A stretch of DNA of 64,000 bases from an uncultured Clostridia bacterium (GTDB taxonomy: Bacteria > Bacillota > Clostridia > Oscillospirales > CAG-272), in contig CANRKP010000001.1 in assembly GCA_947631245.1 (NCBI GenBank), positions 44,028-108,027 of the forward strand. Reading direction: 5' to 3'. A model generated the notes under the pieces. That model had not been told where the DNA came from. It ran no database searches and saw only the letters and a list, made by a program, of their open reading frames with translations. The number at the start of each line of letters is the position of its first letter. Position 1 is the first letter of the stretch. Positions 52,917-61,537 of this stretch are shown one piece after another. The position numbers were made by a program, and so were the translations under genes.

Positions 52917-53732
52917 TTAAAGCGCTATGAGCGCGCCGGTGACGCCGCGTTTTTCTCCGTCGCGCCTGTGCGACCAGAACTCGCCTTCGTTTTCGAACGT
53001 GCATATGTCCGCCCTGTCGACGGCGCCTATCCCCGCCATTTCGAGCAGCCGCTCGTTCACGGACTGAAGGCTGCATCTCAGCCTCCCGTCGTCGCCCCGG
53101 CTTATATAGAGGTTTATCATGTCCTCCGCTCCTATCCGCATTTTCGGGTGCGGGGAGCGGGCGGCAAGAGATCTGAACTCGTCACAGAAATCCTCGCCTA
53201 CCGTGAAGCACTCGGAGCATATTGAAGGACCTATCGCCGCCCTTATCCGCGAACGGACGGCGCCGAGGCGGCACATCCTCTCGACCGCGACGGCCGCGAT
53301 CCCGCTAGCGGTCCCGCGCCATCCGGCATGGACCGCGGCGGCGACGCCCGCGCCCGCCTCGTAAAGGAGTATCGGCACGCAGTCCGCGCACTTGACCCCT
53401 ATCGGCACGCCCGGAATGTCGGTGACAAAGCCGTCCGCGACAAAGTCCGCGTCGGCAGTCGTCGCCGTGACGTACTCGACGCGGGCGGAGTGTATCTGCT
53501 TCGCCGTCGTGAAAACGTGCCTCTCCAAATGCTCCGTGACGCCGCACGCACCGGCAAAGATCCGCCTGTTTTCGTTTACGGTGCACATCGAGTCCCCGCG
53601 GCAGTAGCCGAGGTTGAGACCAGGCACCTCCCCGTCGGAGCTGCCGCCGACGCGAGTCGAAAACCCGTGACGCACATGCAGAAGCGTTGACTTATATATG
53701 ACCGTACCGTTCTTTTCTTCCTTATAAAACAT
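52917..53732 (-). CDS. pgeF: peptidoglycan editing factor PgeF (YfiH/DUF152 laccase-domain protein)
   Basis: Motifs HGFSTR, KCADCVPIL, HAGWRG and C.ECF are typical of this family. Confidence 0.88.
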   Translation of the reverse strand: MFYKEEKNGTVIYKSTLLHVRHGFSTRVGGSSDGEVPGLNLGYCRGDSMCTVNENRRIFAGACGVTEHLERHVFTTAKQIHSARVEYVTATTADADFVADGFVTDIPGVPIGVKCADCVPILLYEAGAGVAAAVHAGWRGTASGIAAVAVERMCRLGAVRSRIRAAIGPSICSECFTVGEDFCDEFRSLAARSPHPKMRIGAEDMINLYISRGDDGRLRCSLQSVNERLLEMAGIGAVDRADICTFENEGEFWSHRRDGEKRGVTGALIAL

Positions 53733-53734
53733 CG

Positions 53735-54625
53735 TTACCCCAAAAGCAGAAACTGCCTTATCGCGCGGACGGAGCCGTCGTGTACCTCTCCGACCGCAAA
53801 AAATCCCTCATTCTCCGAAAATAGCTTTGCGCGCTCGCCCTCCGAAAAGCCGGACGCCGGTACCGCCTGACCGTTTGCGATGCGGCGCACGTCACCGTCG
53901 CTCATCACGATCTCGCGAAGCGCGCCGAAAAGCCTCGCCGTCGGGAGCAGGGCATCCTCCGGCGACGATGCCGTTTCCTCGATGGTGCGCGCCTCCGAAA
54001 GCGAAAAGCCGCACGTCTTTGTCCGCCGCAGCGCCGCCATGCAGCCGCCGCAGCCGAGCTTTTTGCCGATGTCGGCGCAGAGCGTTCTTATGTATGTCCC
54101 GCCTGAGCAGCTGACGGTGAGAAAATATTCGTCCGCCCTCTCGGTCGGCGCCGTTCTTATATCGTATATCTCGACGCGGCACGGCTCGCGCTCGACGGTG
54201 ACGCCGCGCCTTGCGAGCTCGTAGAGCTTTTCGCCGCCCTTCTTCTTTGCCGAATACATCGGCGGCGTCTGCATGTATTCCCCGAGAAATCCGCGCGCGG
54301 CAGCCTCCACGTCAGGGACACTCGGCAGCGCCCGCGACGTCGATAGCACCTCGCCCGTTACGTCCTCTGTGTCCGTCACGACGCCGAGCCTCAGGCGCGC
54401 CTCGTATATCTTTTCGGACGCGGGTATTATGTCCGCCGCCTTCGCCGCCCTTCCGACGAGTATCACGAGCACCCCCGTCGCCATCGGGTCGAGCGTTCCC
54501 GTGTGGCCGACGCGCCGCGTGCCGTATATCTTCCTAATCTTCGCCACGACGTCAAACGACGTCATGCCCTCCGGCTTGTCGACGACAACGACGCCGAGCG
54601 GCTCCCTGCCGTCCCCGCGCGTCAA
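53735..54625 (-). CDS. truB: tRNA pseudouridine(55) synthase
   Basis: GVVVVDKPEGMTSFDVV and GHTGTLDPMATGVL (catalytic Asp). The start is probably the TTG at 54625, which overlaps the nrnA stop (TTGA). The longer Arg-rich extension to 54739 was rejected. Confidence 0.9.
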   Translation of the reverse strand: MTRGDGREPLGVVVVDKPEGMTSFDVVAKIRKIYGTRRVGHTGTLDPMATGVLVILVGRAAKAADIIPASEKIYEARLRLGVVTDTEDVTGEVLSTSRALPSVPDVEAAARGFLGEYMQTPPMYSAKKKGGEKLYELARRGVTVEREPCRVEIYDIRTAPTERADEYFLTVSCSGGTYIRTLCADIGKKLGCGGCMAALRRTKTCGFSLSEARTIEETASSPEDALLPTARLFGALREIVMSDGDVRRIANGQAVPASGFSEGERAKLFSENEGFFAVGEVHDGSVRAIRQFLLLG

Positions 54626-55608
54626 AACATTTCCTCCGAAAACGCGTCCGCAACGGCTGCCAGCGCCGCCTCCGCGCTCTTTTCGTACACCGTGCAGCCC
54701 GCGGCGCCCCTGTGTCCTCCGCCTCCGAAGCGCGCGCATACGGCGGCGCAGTCGACAGAGCGTCCGTCAAGAACGTTGCTCCTCGTCGAAACTCTCCATT
54801 CTCCCTCCGAGCTTTCGCGAAGAGACACGCCGACGAGCGCGCCCGAAACCGAGCGCATGAGGTCAGCCTCTGCAAAGTCGACGGGCAGAATGTCGTTTTC
54901 GGCGAGCTCTTTCGAGCTTGCCGACGTCGCGATGAGCTTCCCGTCAAAAAGCAGCTTCATGTTTGAAAGCGCGAGCCTCTCCGCCCGAAGCTCTCTCAGC
55001 GTTTTTACGGCGTGGAGCCTATGCGCGACGGTGACGGTGTCCGCCCCCATCTCGTGCAGCTCCGCCGCAGCCCTGTGCGTGTCCGCCGTCGTGTTCGCGA
55101 AGCGGAAGCTGCCTGTGTCGCCGCTTATGGCGGCATAAAGATATGTCGCCGCCGACACGGGCACCCTCATGCCGAATGTGTCGCGCAGGAGCTTTATTAT
55201 GCGGAAGACGATCTCGCCGCACGCCGCGGCGCCGGCGTCGACGACATTGTCGCAGAACGGTTCGCCCGTGCCGTGATGGTCTATCATAAGGTCAAATCTC
55301 TCGCCAGCGAGCGCGCCGAGCTGACGGGACGCCGCAACGTCGACCGCAAGGCGGAACGAACCGGGGCGCAGCTCTATTCCCGTCGGCGCGCCGTCCGTCA
55401 AAAATTTCAGGTACTCCGGCACCGTGTCTGTCAGAACGACGCGCGCGTGCCCGCCGTTTTCATTCATGAGCGCCGCGAGCGCGAGCGCGCATCCGAGCGT
55501 GTCCGCGTCCGGCGAGACGTGCGTCGCGATGTCGACGTCTCCCCCTGCCGCCGCGGCAAGGATTTCGGCTGCCCGGCTCTCCGTTGCGGCGCTTATTTTC
55601 TCAGTCAT
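54622..55608 (-). CDS. nrnA: DHH-family bifunctional oligoribonuclease/pAp phosphatase NrnA
   Basis: DHH motifs (HVSPDADTLG, IDHH), a DHHA1 C-terminus (GGGGHRGAAG), and a position between rbfA and truB. Confidence 0.88.
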   Translation of the reverse strand: MTEKISAATESRAAEILAAAAGGDVDIATHVSPDADTLGCALALAALMNENGGHARVVLTDTVPEYLKFLTDGAPTGIELRPGSFRLAVDVAASRQLGALAGERFDLMIDHHGTGEPFCDNVVDAGAAACGEIVFRIIKLLRDTFGMRVPVSAATYLYAAISGDTGSFRFANTTADTHRAAAELHEMGADTVTVAHRLHAVKTLRELRAERLALSNMKLLFDGKLIATSASSKELAENDILPVDFAEADLMRSVSGALVGVSLRESSEGEWRVSTRSNVLDGRSVDCAAVCARFGGGGHRGAAGCTVYEKSAEAALAAVADAFSEEMF

Positions 55609-55975
55609 TATTCTCCTCCACGCCCTTTTCTCTTCTTTCGTTTTCTATCTTTTTTAAGACCTCGGCGATGTGCGCGCCGTGCTCTATCGACCTGTCCGCC
55701 TCAAAAGTGAGCTCCGGCGTGACGCGGAGATTGAGCCGCTCCGCGAGGCGCGAGCGGATGAAGCCGGACGCGGAGCGGAGCCCGCGCATGATCTCTCCCT
55801 CGTCGCCCGAGAGCGAAGAGAAATACAGCCGGCAGTATTTGAGGTCGGCGGAGACGCGCGCGGATGTGACCGTGACGAACGCGTCCGCGACGCGCGGGTC
55901 CTTTATCTCGCGTATTATTTTCGCCATCTCCTCCGTTACGGCGCTGTTTATCTTGTCCTGTCTGTAATTCGCCAT
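55601..55975 (-). CDS. rbfA: ribosome-binding factor A
   Basis: RQDKINSAVTEEMAKIIREIKDPRV...VTVTSARVSADLKYCRLYFS is the typical RbfA sequence. Confidence 0.92.
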   Translation of the reverse strand: MANYRQDKINSAVTEEMAKIIREIKDPRVADAFVTVTSARVSADLKYCRLYFSSLSGDEGEIMRGLRSASGFIRSRLAERLNLRVTPELTFEADRSIEHGAHIAEVLKKIENERREKGVEENND

Positions 55976-56064
55976 TGCAAAAAGCCTCCCGTTTTTTCCT
56001 TGCCGGTCCCGCTCCCGTAAAGGGCGGTCGCCGCCCGCGTTCGGTTCGTGAGTTACTTCAATAT

Positions 56065-56093
56065 ATTATACAGCATAAAACGCCGCCTTTCAA
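56065..56093 (-). promoter_or_regulatory. promoter of rbfA-nrnA-truB-pgeF operon
   Basis: Minus strand TTGAAA (56093-56088), 17 nt, TATAAT (56070-56065). Confidence 0.65.
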
Positions 56094-56149
56094 TCATTTT
56101 TTTCGCCTCCGAGACGCGCGGAGAGAACGCGGAAATTTCCGATATCGTA

Positions 56150-56178
56150 GTGACAAGCGCGATTTGATGTGATATAAT
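56150..56178 (+). promoter_or_regulatory. strong extended -10 promoter P1 (GTGACA-17-TGaTATAAT), divergent from the rbfA promoter
   Basis: Read directly from the sequence. The next annotated plus-strand start codon is ~295 nt downstream. Confidence 0.55.
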
Positions 56179-56300
56179 AAACACAGTCTATGCCAAAGTC
56201 GCCTCGGCAGCGGCGACGACAGTCTGAGGATGCGTTTATTGACCAAAATTCCTTTTGATCTTATGCCGCCGCAAATCGGCGGCTCTAAGGCTGGAATTTG

Positions 56301-56309
56301 TGGTATAAT
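56301..56309 (+). promoter_or_regulatory. extended -10 element P2 (TGGTATAAT) without a clear -35
   Basis: It shares the 11-mer TGTGGTATAAT with P3. Confidence 0.35.
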
Positions 56310-56418
56310 GATTGTGTGATGTTTCCGGAAGCCATGCGCGGCAATGCCGCTTTGCCTTCCGACATCACTGCAATCATTGACGACCGCCGCCTCGCACTGC
56401 TTCACGCGCTCGGCGATG

Positions 56419-56427
56419 TGGTATAAT
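56419..56427 (+). promoter_or_regulatory. extended -10 element P3 (TGGTATAAT), likely the proximal promoter of the Ig-like lipoprotein gene
   Basis: It lies 46 nt upstream of the ATG at 56473. Confidence 0.45.
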
Positions 56428-56472
56428 AACTTATCTGTATCCCGATTTTCGAGAGAGGGACTTATATTTATT

Positions 56473-57996
56473 ATGAAAACAGTCAGTTCGGATATACATA
56501 CCCGCAAAAAACTTGCTCTGCGCGTGCTCGCCGCATCAATTTTCGCGCTTCTTGCGCTCATTTTTGTCTCGTGCGGCAGCGACAAGGGCGCGTACACGGT
56601 GCTCGCCCCCGTCGTAAACCCCGGAGACACGCTCACAGGTGACGACTTCATAATGTCGTCCGCGTTCACCCGCGTCCGCTACACCGCGACGATCGAGGGA
56701 GACGCGCCGACGAGCGAGCCCGGATACCACGAGATCGAGCTCATAGTCAAGGATTCTCACGGAGCCGAGCACAGGCACCGCTGCGGCTATACAGTCCGCT
56801 CCTACCTCTGCGACTCTGTCAGAATAGAGATGGGAAACCCCGTCACTGTCGAAAAATTCATCAACACCGCCGTTGACAGCTGGCGTCAGCGCATATTCAC
56901 GTTTGAGGATCCGCTCGCCGTCGCCGATCTCGGTCTCGGCACGCACAAGGTGACCGTCGTCGTCGACGGCACACCCTATACCTCGACGCTCATCCTTGAG
57001 GACACGACGCCGCCGCAGGCGCAGCCCGTCACCGTCCACATCACCTCGAAGACCTCGCCGCGCGCGGAGGATTTCGTCGCGGGCATAACAGACGCGACGT
57101 CCGTCGCCTGCACTTTCAAGGACACCTACGACTTCAACACTACCGACGACGTGCCCGTAACGATAGTCCTCACCGACGAGGCGGGCAACGTCACCGAGAT
57201 AAACGCGCTCGCAACGTGCGCCGTCGACACGACGCCGCCCGAGATACACAACGTCCGCGATATCACCGTCTACGTCGGAGACTCGCCCTCATACCGTGAA
57301 GGCATAACCGTCAGCGACGACTCCGGCGAGGTCCCGCGCCTCGTCGTCGACAACAGCCTTGTCAACCCGAACAAGATAGGCACATACGAGATAACATACA
57401 GCGCGGAGGACTCCTCCGGCAACCGCACAATAGTCCGCGCGACTGTCCACGTTGTCGAGCGCCCCGTCATTCCGGAGTCCGACGTCAAAGCCGCCGCAAA
57501 GGCGATATACGACGCCGAGATAGCGCCGTCCGCCGGAGAGGACAAGTTCTCCCGCGCGCTCGCGGTCTACAACTGGGTACGCTCCAACATCACGCTCGAC
57601 GCGAAGGCGAAGTTTGACGAAAACGACCCCGTCGGCGAGGCTTACAAGGTCCTGACTGAAAAGAAAGGCGGCGCGTTCTCCTTCATGCTCGCCTCGTCCG
57701 AGCTGCTCGAATGCGCCGGGATAAAGTCGACGCGCATAACGCGCCTCGCTTACGAAGGCGAAGCCGCGCACTGGTGGCTGCTCGTCGACATCGGCGACGG
57801 TCTCTACCACTTTGACGCCTGCCCGCGCACGGTCGGTGCGCCGTATGACGTTTTCATGTGCACCGACGCCGAGGTCGAGGCATATTGCCGCGACAACGCA
57901 ATAGAATATTATTACAGGTTCGATAAATCAAAATATCCTTCGAGAGGCACGGTATCGTACCGCGAGACCGCGCCGTCGGAGGGCAGAGAAGAGTGA
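56473..57996 (+). CDS. lipoprotein with Ig-like (DUF5011/HYR-type) repeats and C-terminal transglutaminase-like domain lacking the catalytic Cys
   Basis: The signal/lipobox is LALLALIFVSCGS. DTTPP-delimited Ig-like modules follow. The C-terminal KKGGAFSFMLAS...AHWWLLVDI...YHFDA retains His and Asp but has Ala where Cys is expected. The start is set at the ATG at 56473. Confidence 0.75.
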   Translation: MKTVSSDIHTRKKLALRVLAASIFALLALIFVSCGSDKGAYTVLAPVVNPGDTLTGDDFIMSSAFTRVRYTATIEGDAPTSEPGYHEIELIVKDSHGAEHRHRCGYTVRSYLCDSVRIEMGNPVTVEKFINTAVDSWRQRIFTFEDPLAVADLGLGTHKVTVVVDGTPYTSTLILEDTTPPQAQPVTVHITSKTSPRAEDFVAGITDATSVACTFKDTYDFNTTDDVPVTIVLTDEAGNVTEINALATCAVDTTPPEIHNVRDITVYVGDSPSYREGITVSDDSGEVPRLVVDNSLVNPNKIGTYEITYSAEDSSGNRTIVRATVHVVERPVIPESDVKAAAKAIYDAEIAPSAGEDKFSRALAVYNWVRSNITLDAKAKFDENDPVGEAYKVLTEKKGGAFSFMLASSELLECAGIKSTRITRLAYEGEAAHWWLLVDIGDGLYHFDACPRTVGAPYDVFMCTDAEVEAYCRDNAIEYYYRFDKSKYPSRGTVSYRETAPSEGREE

Positions 57997-58024
57997 CCGC
58001 ACGGTCACATTTTCGGGGTGAATT

Positions 58025-58525
58025 ATGCACAACGAGCTTACTAAAGTCGATATTGAAAAAATGCAGGAAGAGATAGAGGAGCGGATCGCAAGACGGGCGA
58101 CCTTAAAGGAAGCCGTCAAATCGGCCCGCGACCTCGGAGACCTTTCCGAAAACGACGAATACCGCTCCGCGAAGCGCGAGCTGAACCGCAACAACAGCCG
58201 CATACGTTATCTTGAAAACATGATCCGCACCGCCGTCGTCATCACGACGGACTCCGCGCCCGACGAGGCGGGGCTCTTCGACGAGCTGACGATATACTAT
58301 CCCGAGGACGACGAGGAGCGCACAATACGCATCGTAACAACGCTCCGAAACGACGTTTTCCGCGACTGCATCTCGAAGGAATCCCCCGTCGGCAAAGCAC
58401 TGCTCGGACACAAAGCGGGCGAGACCGTCACCGTCCGCGTGAACACGGGCGTCGAATATCCGATAAAAATTCTCTCGATAAAAAAAGGCGAGGACGACGA
58501 CTCGCTACCGATCGCGAAGTACTGA
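58025..58525 (+). CDS. greA: transcription elongation factor GreA
   Basis: The coiled-coil N-terminus carries the acidic tip motif (DLSENDEYRSAKRE). The C-terminal domain contains SPVGKALLGHKAGETV. Confidence 0.92.
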   Translation: MHNELTKVDIEKMQEEIEERIARRATLKEAVKSARDLGDLSENDEYRSAKRELNRNNSRIRYLENMIRTAVVITTDSAPDEAGLFDELTIYYPEDDEERTIRIVTTLRNDVFRDCISKESPVGKALLGHKAGETVTVRVNTGVEYPIKILSIKKGEDDDSLPIAKY

Positions 58526-58585
58526 AAAAACGGCATTTTCAGTGAAATTTTGACATCTTTGTTTGGCACAGGAAGAGGAAAAACA

Positions 58586-60136
58586 ATGAAGACAGAAGAT
58601 CTCCGTTTCCCTTATGACCGCTCCGCCATGCGCGAGCTGACGAAAGCGTCTCCCGAATGGCTCCATTTCGGCGCCGGAAACATATTCCGCGCGTTCCCCT
58701 GCGCGCTCGCTGAGCGCATGCTCGAAGAGGGGCTCACAACTCGCGGCATAATCGCTGCCGAGGGCTTTGACCGCGAGATAATCGAGCGCATATACAGACC
58801 TCACGACGACGTCTCGCTGCTCGTGACGCTTTGCGGCGACGGCAGCGTGAAAAAGACCCCCATCGGCAGCGTCGCCGAGTCCCTTTACGTCGACGACTCC
58901 GAATCCCGCCTCCGCGAGATATTCGTTTCCCCCTCACTTCACCTCGTGACGTTCACGATAACGGAGAAGGGGTACGTCGTCCCGCAGCCGATCCCGGACC
59001 TTGAAAGCTCCCCCGAGCACGCCGTCTCCTTCCTCGGAAAGCTGACGCATCTGCTCTACTACCGCTACACCGCGGGCGCGTTCCCGATAACGCTGCTCTC
59101 GCTCGACAACTGCTCCAGAAACGGGGAGCGGCTGCGCTCCGCCGTGCTCGCATACGCGCGCGGCTGGCAGGCGCGCGGGCTCTATATCCAGGCGTTCGTC
59201 GATTACCTGACGGACGAGGACCGCGTCGCGTTCCCGTGCAGCATGATAGACAAGATCACGCCGCGCCCTGACGCGCGTGTCGCGGAGCTCCTTTCGTCGT
59301 CGGGATTTGTTGACACGGAGACGGTCGTAACGGAAAAACACACATATATCGCTCCTTTCGTCAACGCGGAGGAGCCTCAGTACCTCGTCGTCGAGGATAA
59401 ATTCCCCGCCGGACGCCCGCCGCTCGACAAGGTCGGCGTCATCTTCACCGACCGGGACACGGTAAGCCTCGTCGAGCGCATGAAGGTATCGACGTGCCTC
59501 AACCCGCTTCACACCGCGCTCGCCGTCTTCGGCTGCCTTCTCGGCTATGACCTCATAAATGAAGAGATGAAGGATAAGACGCTCTCCGCCCTCGTCAACC
59601 GCCTCGGAAGAACGGAAGGACTCCCGGTCTCGGCGGACCCCGGCATAATCTCGCCTGAGGCGTTCCTTGACGAGGTCATAAACGTCCGGCTCCCGAACCC
59701 CTTCATGCCCGACACGCCGCAGAGAATAGCAACGGACACGTCGCAGAAGCTCTCCGTCCGCTTCGGACAGACCGTGAAGGAATACAGGAGCCGCGGGCTC
59801 TCTCTCGACTCTCTGACGGCCGTTCCGCTCGTCTATGCGGGCTGGTGCCGCTATCTGCTCGCCGTCGACGACGAGGGGAAGAGCTTCACCCCGAGCTCCG
59901 ACCCGAGGCTCGAGGAGGTCAGCGAACATCTTTCCGGAATAAAGGTCGGCGAGCCGTTAGGACAGGCCGCCGCCGAAGAGGCGCTGAGACCGATACTTTC
60001 GGATGTGACGATATTCGGGCTCGACATAACGGAAACGGAGCTTTTCCCTCGCGTCGCCGCGTATTTCGCCGACATGACAAAAGGTCCCGGCGCCGTCAGA
60101 GGAACGCTTGAAGCAGCGCTCGCCTCGGCAACGTGA
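58586..60136 (+). CDS. mannitol dehydrogenase family oxidoreductase (fructuronate/tagaturonate reductase-like)
   Basis: The N-terminal Rossmann segment WLHFGAGNIFRAF, the MIDKITPRPD motif and the length fit this family. The start is set at the ATG at 58586, which has an upstream AGGAAGAGGA. Confidence 0.82.
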   Translation: MKTEDLRFPYDRSAMRELTKASPEWLHFGAGNIFRAFPCALAERMLEEGLTTRGIIAAEGFDREIIERIYRPHDDVSLLVTLCGDGSVKKTPIGSVAESLYVDDSESRLREIFVSPSLHLVTFTITEKGYVVPQPIPDLESSPEHAVSFLGKLTHLLYYRYTAGAFPITLLSLDNCSRNGERLRSAVLAYARGWQARGLYIQAFVDYLTDEDRVAFPCSMIDKITPRPDARVAELLSSSGFVDTETVVTEKHTYIAPFVNAEEPQYLVVEDKFPAGRPPLDKVGVIFTDRDTVSLVERMKVSTCLNPLHTALAVFGCLLGYDLINEEMKDKTLSALVNRLGRTEGLPVSADPGIISPEAFLDEVINVRLPNPFMPDTPQRIATDTSQKLSVRFGQTVKEYRSRGLSLDSLTAVPLVYAGWCRYLLAVDDEGKSFTPSSDPRLEEVSEHLSGIKVGEPLGQAAAEEALRPILSDVTIFGLDITETELFPRVAAYFADMTKGPGAVRGTLEAALASAT

Positions 60137-60154
60137 CAAGAGAATACGCGATCC

Positions 60155-60197
60155 CGAAAAAACACCGGTCGCACGGCGGAGCACGCCGTGCGACCGG
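60155..60197 (-). terminator. terminator for GH43 gene
   Basis: A 14-bp perfect stem (CCGGTCGCACGGCG / CGCCGTGCGACCGG) is followed by a minus-strand T-run (GTGTTTTTTCGGG). Confidence 0.7.
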
Positions 60198-60217
60198 ATC
60201 TTATATTGCGCGAAAAC

Positions 60218-60247
60218 GGGGAGCCGTCAGGCTCCCCGCTGTTTTTG
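60218..60247 (+). terminator. terminator for mannitol-dehydrogenase-family gene
   Basis: A GGGGAGCC / GGCTCCCC stem with loop GTCA is followed by GCTGTTTTTG. Confidence 0.75.
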
Positions 60248-60250
60248 ATT

Positions 60251-61210
60251 CTACGCTCCGAACGCCGCCTTCACGCGTTCGTATTCCTCCCCTGTTATCG
60301 GAAGAATGCCGCCGTGGCGCTTCTTCGTCTTGCCGAGATCGTAGTCAGAGCTGTCCATTATCTCCATCTTCCCGCTCGAAAGGTCGCTGCAGAGCAGCGG
60401 CAGGTATCCCGCACCCTTCGCGAACTGGTCGAGCATGACGCACCACGTCCCGTCATGACGCAGAAACGCGATAGGTCCCTCAACGCCGGGAAGCGACGCG
60501 AGCGCCTCGCTCTTTATTTCTTTGAACTCGCCGATAAGATCGCGCCCGCAGTCGAGAATAACGCGCTTTGTAACCTCGTCCTTCGAGAAGCGGTAGAAAA
60601 CGCCGTCCTGCTTGACGATTGTCGTGTCGATGACGTCGTCGGCGAGCTCGATATAGAGCTTCGGCTCCGAAAAATTCCTGAAGTCCTTTGTATAAGAGCG
60701 GAATATCTCCTGCTTGCGGCGTCCGCTTTCGTCCATCAGCATCTTCGACGCCCAAAACACGAGATACGCGCCGCGTTCCTCGTCGTATGTGGCCTCCGGC
60801 GCCCAAACGCAGCCCGCGCCCTCAAGCCCCGTGTCATAGAGCCACGGCTCCGACCAATTCACGAGGTCGTCGGAGGAGAAGACGACGATGTTCCGGCTCC
60901 CCGCCTCCTGTGCGACGCCCCAGCCCTTGCCGTTCGCAATGCGGAGGTCGGTCGCGATTATGTAAAATTTTCCGTCGATCACGGAGCGGATGAGGAACGG
61001 ATCTCTCACGCCGCCCTCTCCAATCGTTGAGCGGAGGACGGGCTGCCCGCCGTTCATATCGCAGAAGTGAACGCCGTCGCGCGAAATAGAGAAGTATATC
61101 TGCTCCCCGTCGGGGCTCTCGCCTATAAAATGCACGAAGAGATAGCAGTTCTTTTCCTTTATAACCGCCTCTCTGTCCGTCTTTTCCTTTAAACCGAGTT
61201 CTGCTGTCAT
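60251..61210 (-). CDS. glycoside hydrolase family 43 protein
   Basis: Five-bladed propeller motifs: VRDPFLIR, WAPEATYDEERGAYLVFWAS and the catalytic Glu context VEGPIAF. Confidence 0.82.
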   Translation of the reverse strand: MTAELGLKEKTDREAVIKEKNCYLFVHFIGESPDGEQIYFSISRDGVHFCDMNGGQPVLRSTIGEGGVRDPFLIRSVIDGKFYIIATDLRIANGKGWGVAQEAGSRNIVVFSSDDLVNWSEPWLYDTGLEGAGCVWAPEATYDEERGAYLVFWASKMLMDESGRRKQEIFRSYTKDFRNFSEPKLYIELADDVIDTTIVKQDGVFYRFSKDEVTKRVILDCGRDLIGEFKEIKSEALASLPGVEGPIAFLRHDGTWCVMLDQFAKGAGYLPLLCSDLSSGKMEIMDSSDYDLGKTKKRHGGILPITGEEYERVKAAFGA

Positions 61211-61477
61211 GATCCTAAGTCACCATACCTTTCCGGCGCGGCATCACGTCATGTTTGCCGTCCGTATGCAAGCCGGCGCATTTGTCCGCGCCTTCTGCCG
61301 CAGTTTAATTTTACCACATAACCGCGCCGAAATCAACCCGATTTTCAATTATGTGCGTCCTCGCCGGTCTTTTTCGTTCCCTGAACACATTACCGTTCAT
61401 TTTACCGCCTCTTTTGGCGGGACCGTGAACAAAAGTAAACATTTCGTGAACAAATCCAAAAAAACCGCCTCGTTTCA

Positions 61478-61506
61478 TTTACATAAATAAGAAAACATGA
61501 TATACT
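61478..61506 (+). promoter_or_regulatory. promoter of LTA-synthase-like gene
   Basis: TTTACA, 17 nt, TATACT, with TGa immediately upstream of the -10. Confidence 0.6.
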
Positions 61507-61537
61507 TGTGTCCGACAAAAAAATGGGAGACAGACGC

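Noticed and set aside
56094-56669. 191-aa minus-strand ORF and the 43-codon upstream extension (56344) of the lipoprotein ORF
   Set aside because: Both run through the promoter and hairpin region. The lipoprotein signal peptide begins at the ATG at 56473. The minus-strand ORF has no motifs and overlaps the rbfA promoter.
61209-61490. 93-aa plus-strand ORF in the GH43/LTA-synthase-like intergenic region
   Set aside because: It has no RBS and starts by overlapping the GH43 start codon region. It covers the promoter and the direct-repeat region, and its composition is not protein-like.
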